This document shows positions 49,884 to 59,093 of a stretch of 64,000 nucleotides of DNA, one piece after another. The first letter of the stretch is position 1; each line of letters begins with the position of its first letter. The stretch is from NCBI GenBank assembly GCA_963758295.1, contig CAVWUU010000004.1, positions 992,001-1,056,000 of the forward strand. The letters are read 5' to 3'. A model generated the notes under the pieces. That model saw only the letters and a program-made list of their open reading frames with translations. It was not told the origin of the DNA and did no database searches. The position numbers and the translations under genes were made by a program. The stretch is from Candidatus Eremiobacteria bacterium. Its GTDB lineage: Bacteria > Vulcanimicrobiota > Vulcanimicrobiia > Vulcanimicrobiales > Vulcanimicrobiaceae.

Positions 49884-50745
49884 ACGATCTGACGATTGCA
49901 CTATAATCTAGTGCGCCGTCCCCTTCTGCTGACCGAGCTGTATAAAGTTGATAGGCCAGTGCCGATGCAGGCATCGGGAAATCCATGGATCGCGCTGCGT
50001 CGAGCGCAGCAGCAACATCCTTACGTAAAAGATCGAGGGCGAAACCGCCTTCGAAGGTTCCCGCAAGCCATGTTTTCGGCAACCACTGGTCTAGAACGTA
50101 ATTAGACCCGGTTGCCGTTGCAAGCACCTTTCGGACCGCATCCAGGTCGGCTCCCGCTTTTTTCGCAAAAACCAAAGCTTCGACGTTAGCCACCATCACG
50201 CCGGCGATGACGATCTGATTCACCAGCTTCACCGTCTCGCCCATGCCGACTCCGCCAAGGTGATAGGGCGTTCCCATCGCCTTGAGGATCGGCTCGGCTC
50301 GCGTAAACTCGGCGCTGCCCGCTCCAACCATGATCGTCAACGTGCCGGACGCCGCCCGGACCGGACCGCCGCTGACGGGCGCGTCGATGAACTGGACACC
50401 TTGCTTAGCCAGGCGTTCCGCGAATCGTTTGGAGGCGAGCGGTGAGATCGTCGACATGTCGATGACCATCGAACCGGGTCGCGCCCCGGCCGCGACACCT
50501 TTATCGCCGAAGAGCGCTTCTTCTACTTGGGGGGCGTCGGGAACGCAGAGGATCGTAACGTCGACGGCGGCAGCGACGGCGGCAAAGCCGGCAGCTTCCT
50601 CGACACCGTCCGCGCTAAGACGCTCGAGCGCCTCGCGGCGCCGGAAGGCGGCTGCGGTCACCGGGAAGCCGGCTTTTCGGAGGCTGCGCGCCATCGGTTC
50701 GCCCATGGCGCCGAGGCCGATAAATCCTAATCGAGGCTGGGTCAC
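49861..50745 (-). CDS. NAD(P)-dependent beta-hydroxyacid dehydrogenase (GarR/MmsB family)
   Basis: FIGLGAMG, DAPVSGG, KLVNQ, F.L.LLRKD. Confidence 0.9.
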   Translation of the reverse strand: MTQPRLGFIGLGAMGEPMARSLRKAGFPVTAAAFRRREALERLSADGVEEAAGFAAVAAAVDVTILCVPDAPQVEEALFGDKGVAAGARPGSMVIDMSTISPLASKRFAERLAKQGVQFIDAPVSGGPVRAASGTLTIMVGAGSAEFTRAEPILKAMGTPYHLGGVGMGETVKLVNQIVIAGVMVANVEALVFAKKAGADLDAVRKVLATATGSNYVLDQWLPKTWLAGTFEGGFALDLLRKDVAAALDAARSMDFPMPASALAYQLYTARSAEGDGALDYSAIVRSYERIGRD

Positions 50746-50800
50746 GCGTCGCCCATTTCCTACAGGCGCCATTGCGCTCCTGGCCGAAGCGGCTCATCCC

Positions 50801-51718
50801 ATGACGACTGCAACCACCGCAATCCGACGACCCACGTTCGACGAAATGAACCTCTCGACGGGCAAACGCACGCGCCTTCACCGGCTGATGTACGAACACG
50901 GACCGGCCAATGGAACGCTGATGATTCTCCCGATCGATCAGGGTCTGGAACACGGACCGGTCGACTTCTTCGACAACCCGGAATCGATCGACACCGATTG
51001 GATTTACCGGTTAGCAGTCGAAGGAAATTTCTCGGGCATCGCCCTGCACGTGGGTCTTGCCGAGAAGTATCACAAGCACTACGCCGGCCGCGTGCCGCTC
51101 GTTTTGAAGATCAACGGCAAGACCAACGTTCCGCCGGACGACGAGGCGTTCAGCTCGCTTACGTCGTCTGTTGAAGACGCCGTTCGACTTGGTGCCGATG
51201 CTGTCGGGTACACGCTCTTTGTCGGCAGTCCGTCGCAAGACGTGGACATCGCGCAATGCAACGAAGTGCGCCGCGAATGCGAACGATACGGCATGCCGCT
51301 CATCATCTGGGCCTATCCGCGCGGATCGGCGATGAAAGCTAAAGGCGGCATCGACAGCCTTTACGCCGTCGACTATGCCGCGCGCGTTGCGTGCGAAATC
51401 GGCTGTGACATCGTCAAGCTCAACGAGCCGAAGTGGGATGCCGCTAACGCAGATAAACTGCCGAAACCGTACAATACTTTGCAATTTAACGATGTCGAAG
51501 GCTTGCAACGCGTGGTAAAGTCCGCCGGACGAACGCTTGTGCTCGTTTCCGGTGGAAGCAAGATGGGCGACGACGCGACGCTGCAGAAGGCGCGGGCGGC
51601 AATGGAAGCCGGCTGCGTCGGACTGATCTTCGGCCGAAACATGTGGCAGCGCAAGTGGGACGACGCAATCGCGATGTCTTCACGAATGCACGACCTCATG
51701 AAAGACTACGGCGCATAA
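50801..51718 (+). CDS. fbaB: Class I (DhnA-type) fructose-bisphosphate aldolase
   Basis: ILPIDQGLEHGP, WAYPRG, DIVK, SGG, FGRN. Confidence 0.9.
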   Translation: MTTATTAIRRPTFDEMNLSTGKRTRLHRLMYEHGPANGTLMILPIDQGLEHGPVDFFDNPESIDTDWIYRLAVEGNFSGIALHVGLAEKYHKHYAGRVPLVLKINGKTNVPPDDEAFSSLTSSVEDAVRLGADAVGYTLFVGSPSQDVDIAQCNEVRRECERYGMPLIIWAYPRGSAMKAKGGIDSLYAVDYAARVACEIGCDIVKLNEPKWDAANADKLPKPYNTLQFNDVEGLQRVVKSAGRTLVLVSGGSKMGDDATLQKARAAMEAGCVGLIFGRNMWQRKWDDAIAMSSRMHDLMKDYGA

Positions 51719-51730
51719 TAGAGGGAAAAC

Positions 51731-51756
51731 AGCGAGCCCGCAACTGCGGGCTCGCT
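51731..51756 (+). terminator. Strong hairpin after aldolase
   Basis: AGCGAGCCCGCA-AC-TGCGGGCTCGCT. Confidence 0.6.
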
Positions 51757-51776
51757 TCATGACGTTACGATAATAG

Positions 51777-52004
51777 ATGAACACCATCGAGGAGCGGGTA
51801 AACGCCGCATTGGATAAAGTGCGGCCGGCCATCCAAGCCGACGGCGGCGAAGTTTGGCTCATAAAAGTCGAAGACGGAACGGCCTACGTCCAGATGCTCG
51901 GCGCTTGCGGCGGATGTCCGGCATCGACGATGACTCTCAAGGGAGCCATTGAAGCGGTCGTCGTCGCAGACGTTCCCGAGGTCCGCGAGGTCTTACAAGT
52001 CTAA
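51777..52004 (+). CDS. NifU/NfuA C-terminal domain Fe-S carrier
   Basis: VRPAIQADGG, GACGGCPASTMTLK. Confidence 0.92.
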   Translation: MNTIEERVNAALDKVRPAIQADGGEVWLIKVEDGTAYVQMLGACGGCPASTMTLKGAIEAVVVADVPEVREVLQV

Positions 52005-52006
52005 AG

Positions 52007-52034
52007 AAAAAGCGCCGCGATTGCGGCGCCTTTT
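52007..52034. terminator. Bidirectional terminator
   Basis: AAAAAGCGCCGC...GCGGCGCCTTTT between convergent genes. Confidence 0.7.
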
Positions 52035-52050
52035 CGTCTCTACCGAGGAG

Positions 52051-52305
52051 CTAATGAGCTCCGGCGCATCTCGTGCAGAACCAGCTGACCGCACCCTCGT
52101 GAGCTTGCGGCAGCATGTGCTCGCGAGCTCCGCGACGGCCGCATCCGGCGCACGCGTACGTCGTTCCGACATTTACGGCCGTGGCATCGTGAACTTGTTC
52201 GTGGCGCTTGGCAGCCCATGCAACCACGAGGATGATAAGGCCCAGGGCGAGCGGCGCCCAAGCGAAGAACGAGGCCAAACCCTCAGCTGAAATCTGTGCA
52301 TCCAT
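52051..52305 (-). CDS. Small membrane protein with C-terminal CxxC...CxxC zinc ribbon
   Basis: One TM helix, CAGC...CTRC. Confidence 0.65.
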   Translation of the reverse strand: MDAQISAEGLASFFAWAPLALGLIILVVAWAAKRHEQVHDATAVNVGTTYACAGCGRRGAREHMLPQAHEGAVSWFCTRCAGAH

Positions 52306-52365
52306 ATCGGGAGTAATTCATTCGCATAACCAAGCCGCGCGTCCTCGCCCGTCGAAGGGGGTTGG

Positions 52366-53205
52366 ATGGAGAGCGACAAGGATCTGCGCCAGCGACTAGT
52401 TGTGTTGATGCAGCGTACCCGCGCCGTGCGTTCGCAGAACGTCGTTGAGGCTTTTCTCGCGGTTCCGCGCCACGAATTCGTGCCCGATCAGCCGCTGGAA
52501 ATCGCATACGAAGACCGCGCGCTCGCGCTCAAGGAAGAAGGCGGGGCCGTGATTTCATCAATTTCGCAGCCGGGAATGATCGCGCAAATGCTCGAGATGT
52601 TGAACGTGCGCCGCGGGGATCGCGTCTTCGAAGTGGGCACCGGGAGCGGCTACAATGCAGCGCTGCTTTCCTCACTGGTTGGCGAAGCCGGCAGCGTTGT
52701 GACGATTGAGCTCGAGCGTGATCTCGCCGATTCGGCGCGCGAACGATTGACTGCGCTTGGCTACAACAACGTCGAAGTCCGAAACGGAGACGCGGAAACC
52801 GCTTCGATCGGACAAGCTTTCGACGGCATCATCGTCACCGCGCGCGCGGACGACATTGCCTCGGCATGGTGGGACGCTCTCAAAGACGGCGGAAGGCTCG
52901 TCGTGCCGCTGGATATCGCGTACGGCGGCGAGAGAGTCATCGCGTTCGTGCGCCAGGGCTCGCGTTTGCGCAGCATCGATACGCAAGCCTGTTCGTTCAT
53001 CTGCTTGCGCAACCATCAGGATGCCGGAACGCGCGAAATCTTCTACCGCAAAGCCGGCATGCGGGATCAGCAGCCGCCTGACGCGCGCGCGCCGATACAG
53101 ATCGTTGCGCGGCGGCGCGAAGACGTAAAGCCCGAGCTTTTGGAAACTTCCGACGTAGTTGTCGCACGGCCGCAGACGTTCTTCGGTATTACGAACGGCT
53201 CATAA
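52366..53205 (+). CDS. pcm: Protein-L-isoaspartate O-methyltransferase family
   Basis: VPRHEF, ISQPGM, EVGTGSGYNAA, GGRLVVP. Confidence 0.85.
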   Translation: MESDKDLRQRLVVLMQRTRAVRSQNVVEAFLAVPRHEFVPDQPLEIAYEDRALALKEEGGAVISSISQPGMIAQMLEMLNVRRGDRVFEVGTGSGYNAALLSSLVGEAGSVVTIELERDLADSARERLTALGYNNVEVRNGDAETASIGQAFDGIIVTARADDIASAWWDALKDGGRLVVPLDIAYGGERVIAFVRQGSRLRSIDTQACSFICLRNHQDAGTREIFYRKAGMRDQQPPDARAPIQIVARRREDVKPELLETSDVVVARPQTFFGITNGS

Positions 53206-54279
53206 CCGAAGGGTCGAAGCGTAACCGGTGAGCTCGACGTATGCGGCGCCTACGATGTGCCCCGATTTAGCATCGCGAACTTCCGCGTCGCCTTCCCAGT
53301 ACGTTATGCCGCCCGGATCAGCCAGTTCCTGATCGTCCAGCAAGGGCACGATCTCGAGTGATTGCGGAACGGCTCTGCCGCCAATTCGCCACGCGCTTGG
53401 ATAAACGGCGCCCGTGTGAGGGCTTTTCCATTGCGCCGTGGAGTCGATCGAAAAATCGCTTAACGGGATATATGTCACTTTCCCGTCCGCGGCAATCCAG
53501 CTTCCCGATGATTGCGGCGTCGTCGTGCCGTCGCGCTGACGCAGCCGGTAGAGCATTAATTCCCGTCCGTCATGCAGCTGAATTGCAAACCAGTCCCATC
53601 CCGACTGGTTCGACTGCAGTTCATCCGAGCCGAACTCGTGGTCCATCCAAGACTCTCCGTCGACCGAATACCGCGTACCGCCTTTGCTCAACGTCCCACG
53701 CGTCTGCAAGCGTGTGAACGAGTAGTAATGCGACGCACATGAATCGCAAGAGCCCTTGCGCGAAATTCCGCCGGCGCCATGAATCGCCGGCGGTTTGCGC
53801 GATTGCAAGAATAGATCTAGCTCGTCGCCGCCGCTCGTCGCTTTCAAATGCATCCGTGGGCGCACTTGCGCGGTCCCGCTGAGCGTCCATCCGTTGGCTC
53901 GAACGTCCAGGGTGCCGGCAGATGCGAATCCTTGGCCAAGCGCGTCGCGCGCGAGCGTCTCATGATAGGCGAATGACTTCCCGTCAACGTCGCTGATTGC
54001 GAAGTGCGCCGGATAGAGCTGATAAGCGTACCACTTGCTCTGCCCCGCGGCCCACTGGGGCGCATGCGGCTCCAACGCTACGCGGAAGAACGTCAACTCG
54101 AAGCCGAAGCGGTGTCCCTTAGGATCTTTGAGATGCCCCGTGAAGTACCACCACTCGGTCCGATACGTATCGTGCGCCGCATGGTCGCGTGGAAATGCGT
54201 AAGTGTAAGGCGCCGTTGCAATGCTGAATCGCTTCGCGGGCGCCGTCGCCACGAGCAACAAGGCGGCGCAAAGAAACAT
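53200..54279 (-). CDS. Secreted AttH/CrtC-like lipocalin-fold hydrolase
   Basis: FPRDHAAH..YRTEWWYFTG, SHYYS, WMDHEF, GWDWF, YWEG, ELTGY. Confidence 0.88.
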   Translation of the reverse strand: MFLCAALLLVATAPAKRFSIATAPYTYAFPRDHAAHDTYRTEWWYFTGHLKDPKGHRFGFELTFFRVALEPHAPQWAAGQSKWYAYQLYPAHFAISDVDGKSFAYHETLARDALGQGFASAGTLDVRANGWTLSGTAQVRPRMHLKATSGGDELDLFLQSRKPPAIHGAGGISRKGSCDSCASHYYSFTRLQTRGTLSKGGTRYSVDGESWMDHEFGSDELQSNQSGWDWFAIQLHDGRELMLYRLRQRDGTTTPQSSGSWIAADGKVTYIPLSDFSIDSTAQWKSPHTGAVYPSAWRIGGRAVPQSLEIVPLLDDQELADPGGITYWEGDAEVRDAKSGHIVGAAYVELTGYASTLRL

Positions 54280-54298
54280 GCCCGCGCATCGCTGCGTT

Positions 54299-56861
54299 TT
54301 ACTCCACACGCAACACTTCGCTGGTTCGAATTTGCGAAGCGACGCGCGCTGGATAAAGAGCGGCTAGCAAGGCGGCCACAACTACCAGCCCCATCGCTTC
54401 AGCATAAAACGCGCCCGGCGAATGCCACTCGATGAGCCATCCGAAGCTCTGACGATTGATTACATAGATCAAGTCCGCCGCTAATGCCGTTCCCAGAATC
54501 ACGCCGAGCACTCCGGCCAGCACGCCCACCACGAGCGCTTGCGCGATCACCATTCGCGCAACACCGTTGCGCGACAGGCCTACGTAGCGCAGTAAGCCGA
54601 TTTCGAGCCGCCGTTCGAGGACCAGCGCGAACAACGTGCTGATCACACCCAGAACCGCGATGGCCATGCTAACGACGTACAAGGCGCTTGTGATGGCGAA
54701 CGTCCGATCGAAAATCGAAATGGCGTAAGCGCGAAGTTCGCGGTTCGTTGAAATGTCTATACGAAGCGGCCGCAACGCCCGCTCGATGTTGCTTCTAACG
54801 TTTGCAATGTCCGCTCCCGGCCGCACGTACACGGCAATCGAGTCGATGGTGTCATCGCGCCAAAGTTTCCGGTACGTTGTGCGATCGATGAAAAACGTTC
54901 CGCCGCTCGTCGAGTAATCGTTGTAAACCGCCGAGAATTTTGAAATGCGCCGCGCCCGAGGGGGTATCCAGCATAAAGTCGTCGCCGGCCTTCAAACCAA
55001 AATGCGTGCTGAAAGGTTCGCTTATGACGGCCGCCTGGCGTCCGCTCATTTCACCGGCGATAGCGGCGGGATCGGCATGTCCGATGAACCGCAGTTTGTT
55101 GCGCGCATAAAACGAGTCGACGTTGGTCGAACCAAGCTCGGCAAAACCGCCGCGAAACGCCACGTTGAATCCTCGATACGTATCCACGGCCGCAACGCCC
55201 GGAACGCGGGTAATTCGCTCGACCTCATTCGGCGTAAAACTTGCTCGAAAACTGGCATCTACCGCCCCGGGCGTTTTGACGTATAGATCCGCGGAAAGCG
55301 TATCCGAGGTCCACGCGACGACCGTCGAGCGGAACGAACCGACGAGAATCGCAATCGCGACCATCATCGAAACTGCTACGGCGAGCGAGGCAATCGCGAC
55401 GGAAAAGCGCTGCGGTGACGCTCGCAAGAAGCCGGCCGCAATGGTCGCCGACGGCCGGGTCGTGCGGAACGATCGAAGCACGTGGACCGCACCGGCTAGA
55501 ACGATCGGCGTACAAAGCGACGCTCCGGCGATCAACAGCACGCCGGCGGCGTAGCCGAAGAACGGAACCCCATGAATAGCAGGCAGCCGCATTAGCAGCA
55601 CCGCGACCGCAATCGCCACTACGCCGGCCGCCGCACTTCGCCCTGAAAGGCCCGGAACGGCACGTTCCGAGCCGGGACCTGCGCGCATGGTGCGCGCAGC
55701 CGGCGTCCAGGCGGCTTCGGCGGCCGGTGCAAGTGCGGAGAGCATGGCGAGAACGATGCCGGTAAAGAAAGCGCGCACCGTAGCCGGCCAGGAAACGACC
55801 ACTCTATCCGCGTGCGACCCCACGTAGAGCGACGACACCGTTTGCTCAACGGCGTCCACCGAGAAATGCGCCAGCGCAAATCCGATCGCGATGCCAAGCA
55901 ACGCGCCCACGGCCCCGTAAATTGCGCCTTCACTCAAGAATGTCACAAAAATCTGCGCGCGCGTCACGCCGAGCGCGCGCAGCGTTCCAATCTCGCTTTT
56001 CCGCTGCACCACCGAGATTGCCACGGCATTGTAGATCAGGTACATGCCGACAAGGAGAGCAACGTCAGCCAGCACTGAAAGATTCATTTGAAAACTCGAA
56101 AGCATCCGTTGAATCTCATTGAGCCGCGTATGCGGTTCCAACACGCGGACACCGGCCGGAACGGCGCGCGTTACCGCGCTTTCAACGGCGACAAGGTTCG
56201 CCGGCGGCACGATGAGATCGATGCGATCGAGCTTTCCGATGCTCTCGAACAGCGTTTGCGCCGTAGCGATATCGACAAACGCTACGCTCGAATCGACGCC
56301 TGCCGTTCCGGGCGCAATGACGGCTAGCACGGGCAAATGCACGCGCCGGGTTCCCGCATAAGCGTCGAGAAAGCCGCCTCGAACGTAGCGGTCGGCGATG
56401 CGTTTGCTCGTAATGATCCCTCGCTCGTCGATGAAACGATGCAGGTCAAACGCCCGATCGCCGTTGCGCGAACGCGCGGCATCCGGGACCGCCGCACGCG
56501 TTAGATCTATGCCGAGCACGCGAACGATTTCGCCGGACTCCGGCTGCTTGGGACGGACGCCGGCGACCAATTGTCCCTCGACTACGGGGCTGGCGCTCGT
56601 AACATGCGGTACGGCCTGCACGCGCAACAACGCGCGTTCGTCGAATCCCGTTCCGCCGGCGAAGACTTGAAGATTCACGTGGTTGGCAATAACGTCGATG
56701 CTTCGCGCAAAGGAATCGACTGCGGTAGCATTCGCGAGATCGATGGAATACGACGCCGAGACGCCGAGCGCCACGGCAAACAGCGTGACCAGCGCTCGCA
56801 ACGCATTAGCTCGCGCGTAGCCGACAACGAGCGCGCGCACCAGCAGCGCGCGTTCGCTCAT
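54299..56861 (-). CDS. FtsX/MacB-like double ABC permease (AttF/G-like); +1 frameshift near 54931
   Basis: VVQRKSEIGTLRALG and ERRLEIGLLRYVG repeats, VINRQSFGW. Removing one G gives LAVYNDYSTSGG joining the two ORFs. Confidence 0.88.
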
Positions 56862-57580
56862 GTCTGCGCTTCGATGCGGCCGTCTCGCATTTGCACGCGC
56901 CGGTCGGCGCGTGCAGCCGCGTCCCCGCTATGGGTCGCCATCAGAATCGCCTGGCCCCGATCGGCCAGATCGCGAAGGATTTCCAGCACGTTTTCGCCGT
57001 TTCGCGTGTCTAAATTACCCGTCGGTTCGTCGGCAAGCAGAATCGCCGGCTCGTGCACGATGGCGCGAGCGATTGCGGCGCGTTGCAACTGGCCGCCGGA
57101 AATTTGCGATGGGAGCGCGTCCGCTTTGTCCGCGATTCCAACGGCTTCGAGCACCGACTCGACGCGCGTTTGTATTTCGCGGACCGGCCGGCGCTGTAAC
57201 ACCAGCGGCAGCGCAACGTTTTCGCGCACGCAAAGGGTTGGAAGCAAATTGAAAAACTGAAAGATCGTGCCGATACGGTTGCGCCGCAATGCCGTTAGAT
57301 CGTTGTCGTTCAACGCCGACGTTGCAACGCCGTCGATTTCAACGGAGCCCGCATCGGGCAGATCGATGCAGCCAATGAGATTGAGCAAGGTACTCTTTCC
57401 GCAGCCGCTCGGGCCAAGCAGCGCCACGAGTTCGCCCATGCCGACCTCCAGGTCGATCCCGTCCAGGGCGCGCACGCCGTTTTGGTACGTTTTTACGACC
57501 GCCGAACAAAAAACGGGCCGTCGCGTTCCGGCGACAACCCGTTTTGAATTTTCGGTTGCGTTGATGCGCGTCGAACTCAG
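56858..57580 (-). CDS. LolD/MacB-like ABC ATPase (start uncertain, possibly CTG)
   Basis: [36 protein letters not shown]. Confidence 0.92.
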   Translation of the reverse strand: MSSTRINATENSKRVVAGTRRPVFCSAVVKTYQNGVRALDGIDLEVGMGELVALLGPSGCGKSTLLNLIGCIDLPDAGSVEIDGVATSALNDNDLTALRRNRIGTIFQFFNLLPTLCVRENVALPLVLQRRPVREIQTRVESVLEAVGIADKADALPSQISGGQLQRAAIARAIVHEPAILLADEPTGNLDTRNGENVLEILRDLADRGQAILMATHSGDAAARADRRVQMRDGRIEAQT

Positions 57581-57828
57581 GCCGACGCCTTCTTGAAATA
57601 CTCCGCGTTGATTTCGATGAAGTTCGTCCACTTTTCCGGAATATCCGAGTCCGCAAAAATTGCCTCTACCGGACAAGCCGATACGCAGGCTCCGCAGTCG
57701 ATGCAGACTTCAGGGTCAATGTAAAGCTGGTCGTCTTCATCTTTCCCGTGAATGCAATCGACGGGACAAACGTCAACGCAAGACTTGTCCTTCGTTCCGA
57801 CGCACGGTTCGGTGATGATATAGGCCAT
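57577..57828 (-). CDS. Dicluster (7Fe/8Fe) ferredoxin
   Basis: CVGTKDKSCVDVCPVDCI, CIDCGACVSACP. Confidence 0.95.
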   Translation of the reverse strand: MAYIITEPCVGTKDKSCVDVCPVDCIHGKDEDDQLYIDPEVCIDCGACVSACPVEAIFADSDIPEKWTNFIEINAEYFKKASA

Positions 57829-57953
57829 GAGCTTTGAGACCCCTTAGACGGTGTTGAGTGTCGTAAACTTCGAGCGTGCTATTAGCAATGCTCCAAGCCT
57901 ACGCCTTCCCGCCGAAGGGGTCTCCGACTATTGTCTAGCCAGTCGTCGGGTCG

Positions 57954-58217
57954 TTAAGCTACTGTACGACGTCCCGCTACAGCGCGGACGATCCATAGCA
58001 ATACGACCGCGCCGATCACTGCGCAGATAAAGCTGCCGATGTTGAATCCGGTTACACCAACGTGACCGAACATGCCATACAGCCAGCCACCGAGCACTGC
58101 GCCGATGATGCCGACGATTAGGTCGCCCAAAACTCCCCCAGGCCCCTCGCCCGGAACGATCCACCGAGCGATCGCGCCGACGATGATACCGAAGATTATC
58201 CAGAGTAAAATGCCCAT
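57954..58217 (-). CDS. GlsB/YeaQ/YmgE (transglycosylase-associated) membrane protein
   Basis: WIIFGIIVGAIARWIVPG..GIIGAVLGG..AVIGAVVLL. Confidence 0.9.
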   Translation of the reverse strand: MGILLWIIFGIIVGAIARWIVPGEGPGGVLGDLIVGIIGAVLGGWLYGMFGHVGVTGFNIGSFICAVIGAVVLLWIVRAVAGRRTVA

Positions 58218-58329
58218 CGCTATCCTCCTGGCCTCAACATTGCCCCAGGAGTTCCCTCCTTAAACGGAAGTCGCCGGGAGAGGCGTCCAGGCAGGGCACG
58301 AACGCTGGACGGCGGACGTTTACCGCTAT

Positions 58330-59052
58330 ATGAAACGATTGCTGGCCCTGCTCGGCATGCTCGTTCTTGCGACAGGCGTGCCCTCTGCCGCTTTGGCGGC
58401 AACCACGCAAATTGCCGTAAGCGGCACGGGCACGGTGACTTTGATGCCCGACGAAGCGACGGTCAACGGCGCAATAACGACTACCGATCCGAACGCCGAA
58501 ACGGCAACGTCGCGAAACAACGCGTTGTACGAGAAAGCCGTGAACGCCGTTACAGCGCGCGGCATCGCCCGCAGCGATATCACGCTCTCGTACTACAACA
58601 TGAACTATCAGCCGAAGCCTGATTTTAGTCCGGGACCAATACCACCGGGAATCCCAGCGCCTTCCTATGGCTACACGGTCACTCGTTCTTTTGCCGTGAA
58701 AGTGCGCAATGTTGCGAAGGCCGGCTCGATCGTCGACGCATTAGCGCCCACAGCCGGCATCGACATCAACGGCGTTTCCTTTGGCCTGGCAGATCCGTCT
58801 GCTGCACGCAAGACGGCTACGGCCAAAGCGGTCGCCGATGCCCGCGAAAAGGCCATGGCGGTGGCCGCCGCGGCCGGATTGCATGTTACGGCCGTTCAAC
58901 GAATCGATCTAGAAGGCGCTTTCGCGCCTGGACCGGCCCCCCTTATGCGCATGAACGCCGAGGCGGCAACCGCAAAGGTCCCGACGACGTTCGATACGGG
59001 CAACGTGAACGTAACCGTCAGCGTGAACGTCGTCTACTCGGCAATTCCATAA
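58330..59052 (+). CDS. SIMPL (DUF541/YggE) domain exported protein
   Basis: IAVSGTGTV..PDEA, AVADAREKA..A..AG. Confidence 0.88.
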   Translation: MKRLLALLGMLVLATGVPSAALAATTQIAVSGTGTVTLMPDEATVNGAITTTDPNAETATSRNNALYEKAVNAVTARGIARSDITLSYYNMNYQPKPDFSPGPIPPGIPAPSYGYTVTRSFAVKVRNVAKAGSIVDALAPTAGIDINGVSFGLADPSAARKTATAKAVADAREKAMAVAAAAGLHVTAVQRIDLEGAFAPGPAPLMRMNAEAATAKVPTTFDTGNVNVTVSVNVVYSAIP

Positions 59053-59093
59053 AGGACGAAACTGCTGCGGCCCTCGACGGGTAGAGAAACCAC

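Noticed and set aside
50282..50800. N-terminal extension of aldolase ORF (478 aa)
   Set aside because: Antisense shadow of the dehydrogenase gene; homology starts at ATG 50801.
52366..53205. FxLD/lanthipeptide- or lasso-associated methyltransferase of a RiPP cluster
   Set aside because: No precursor peptide, dehydratase or cyclase nearby; treated as ordinary PIMT.
53200..54279. Carotenoid hydratase of a carotenoid pathway
   Set aside because: No crt genes nearby; signal peptide and ABC context match AttH-like proteins.
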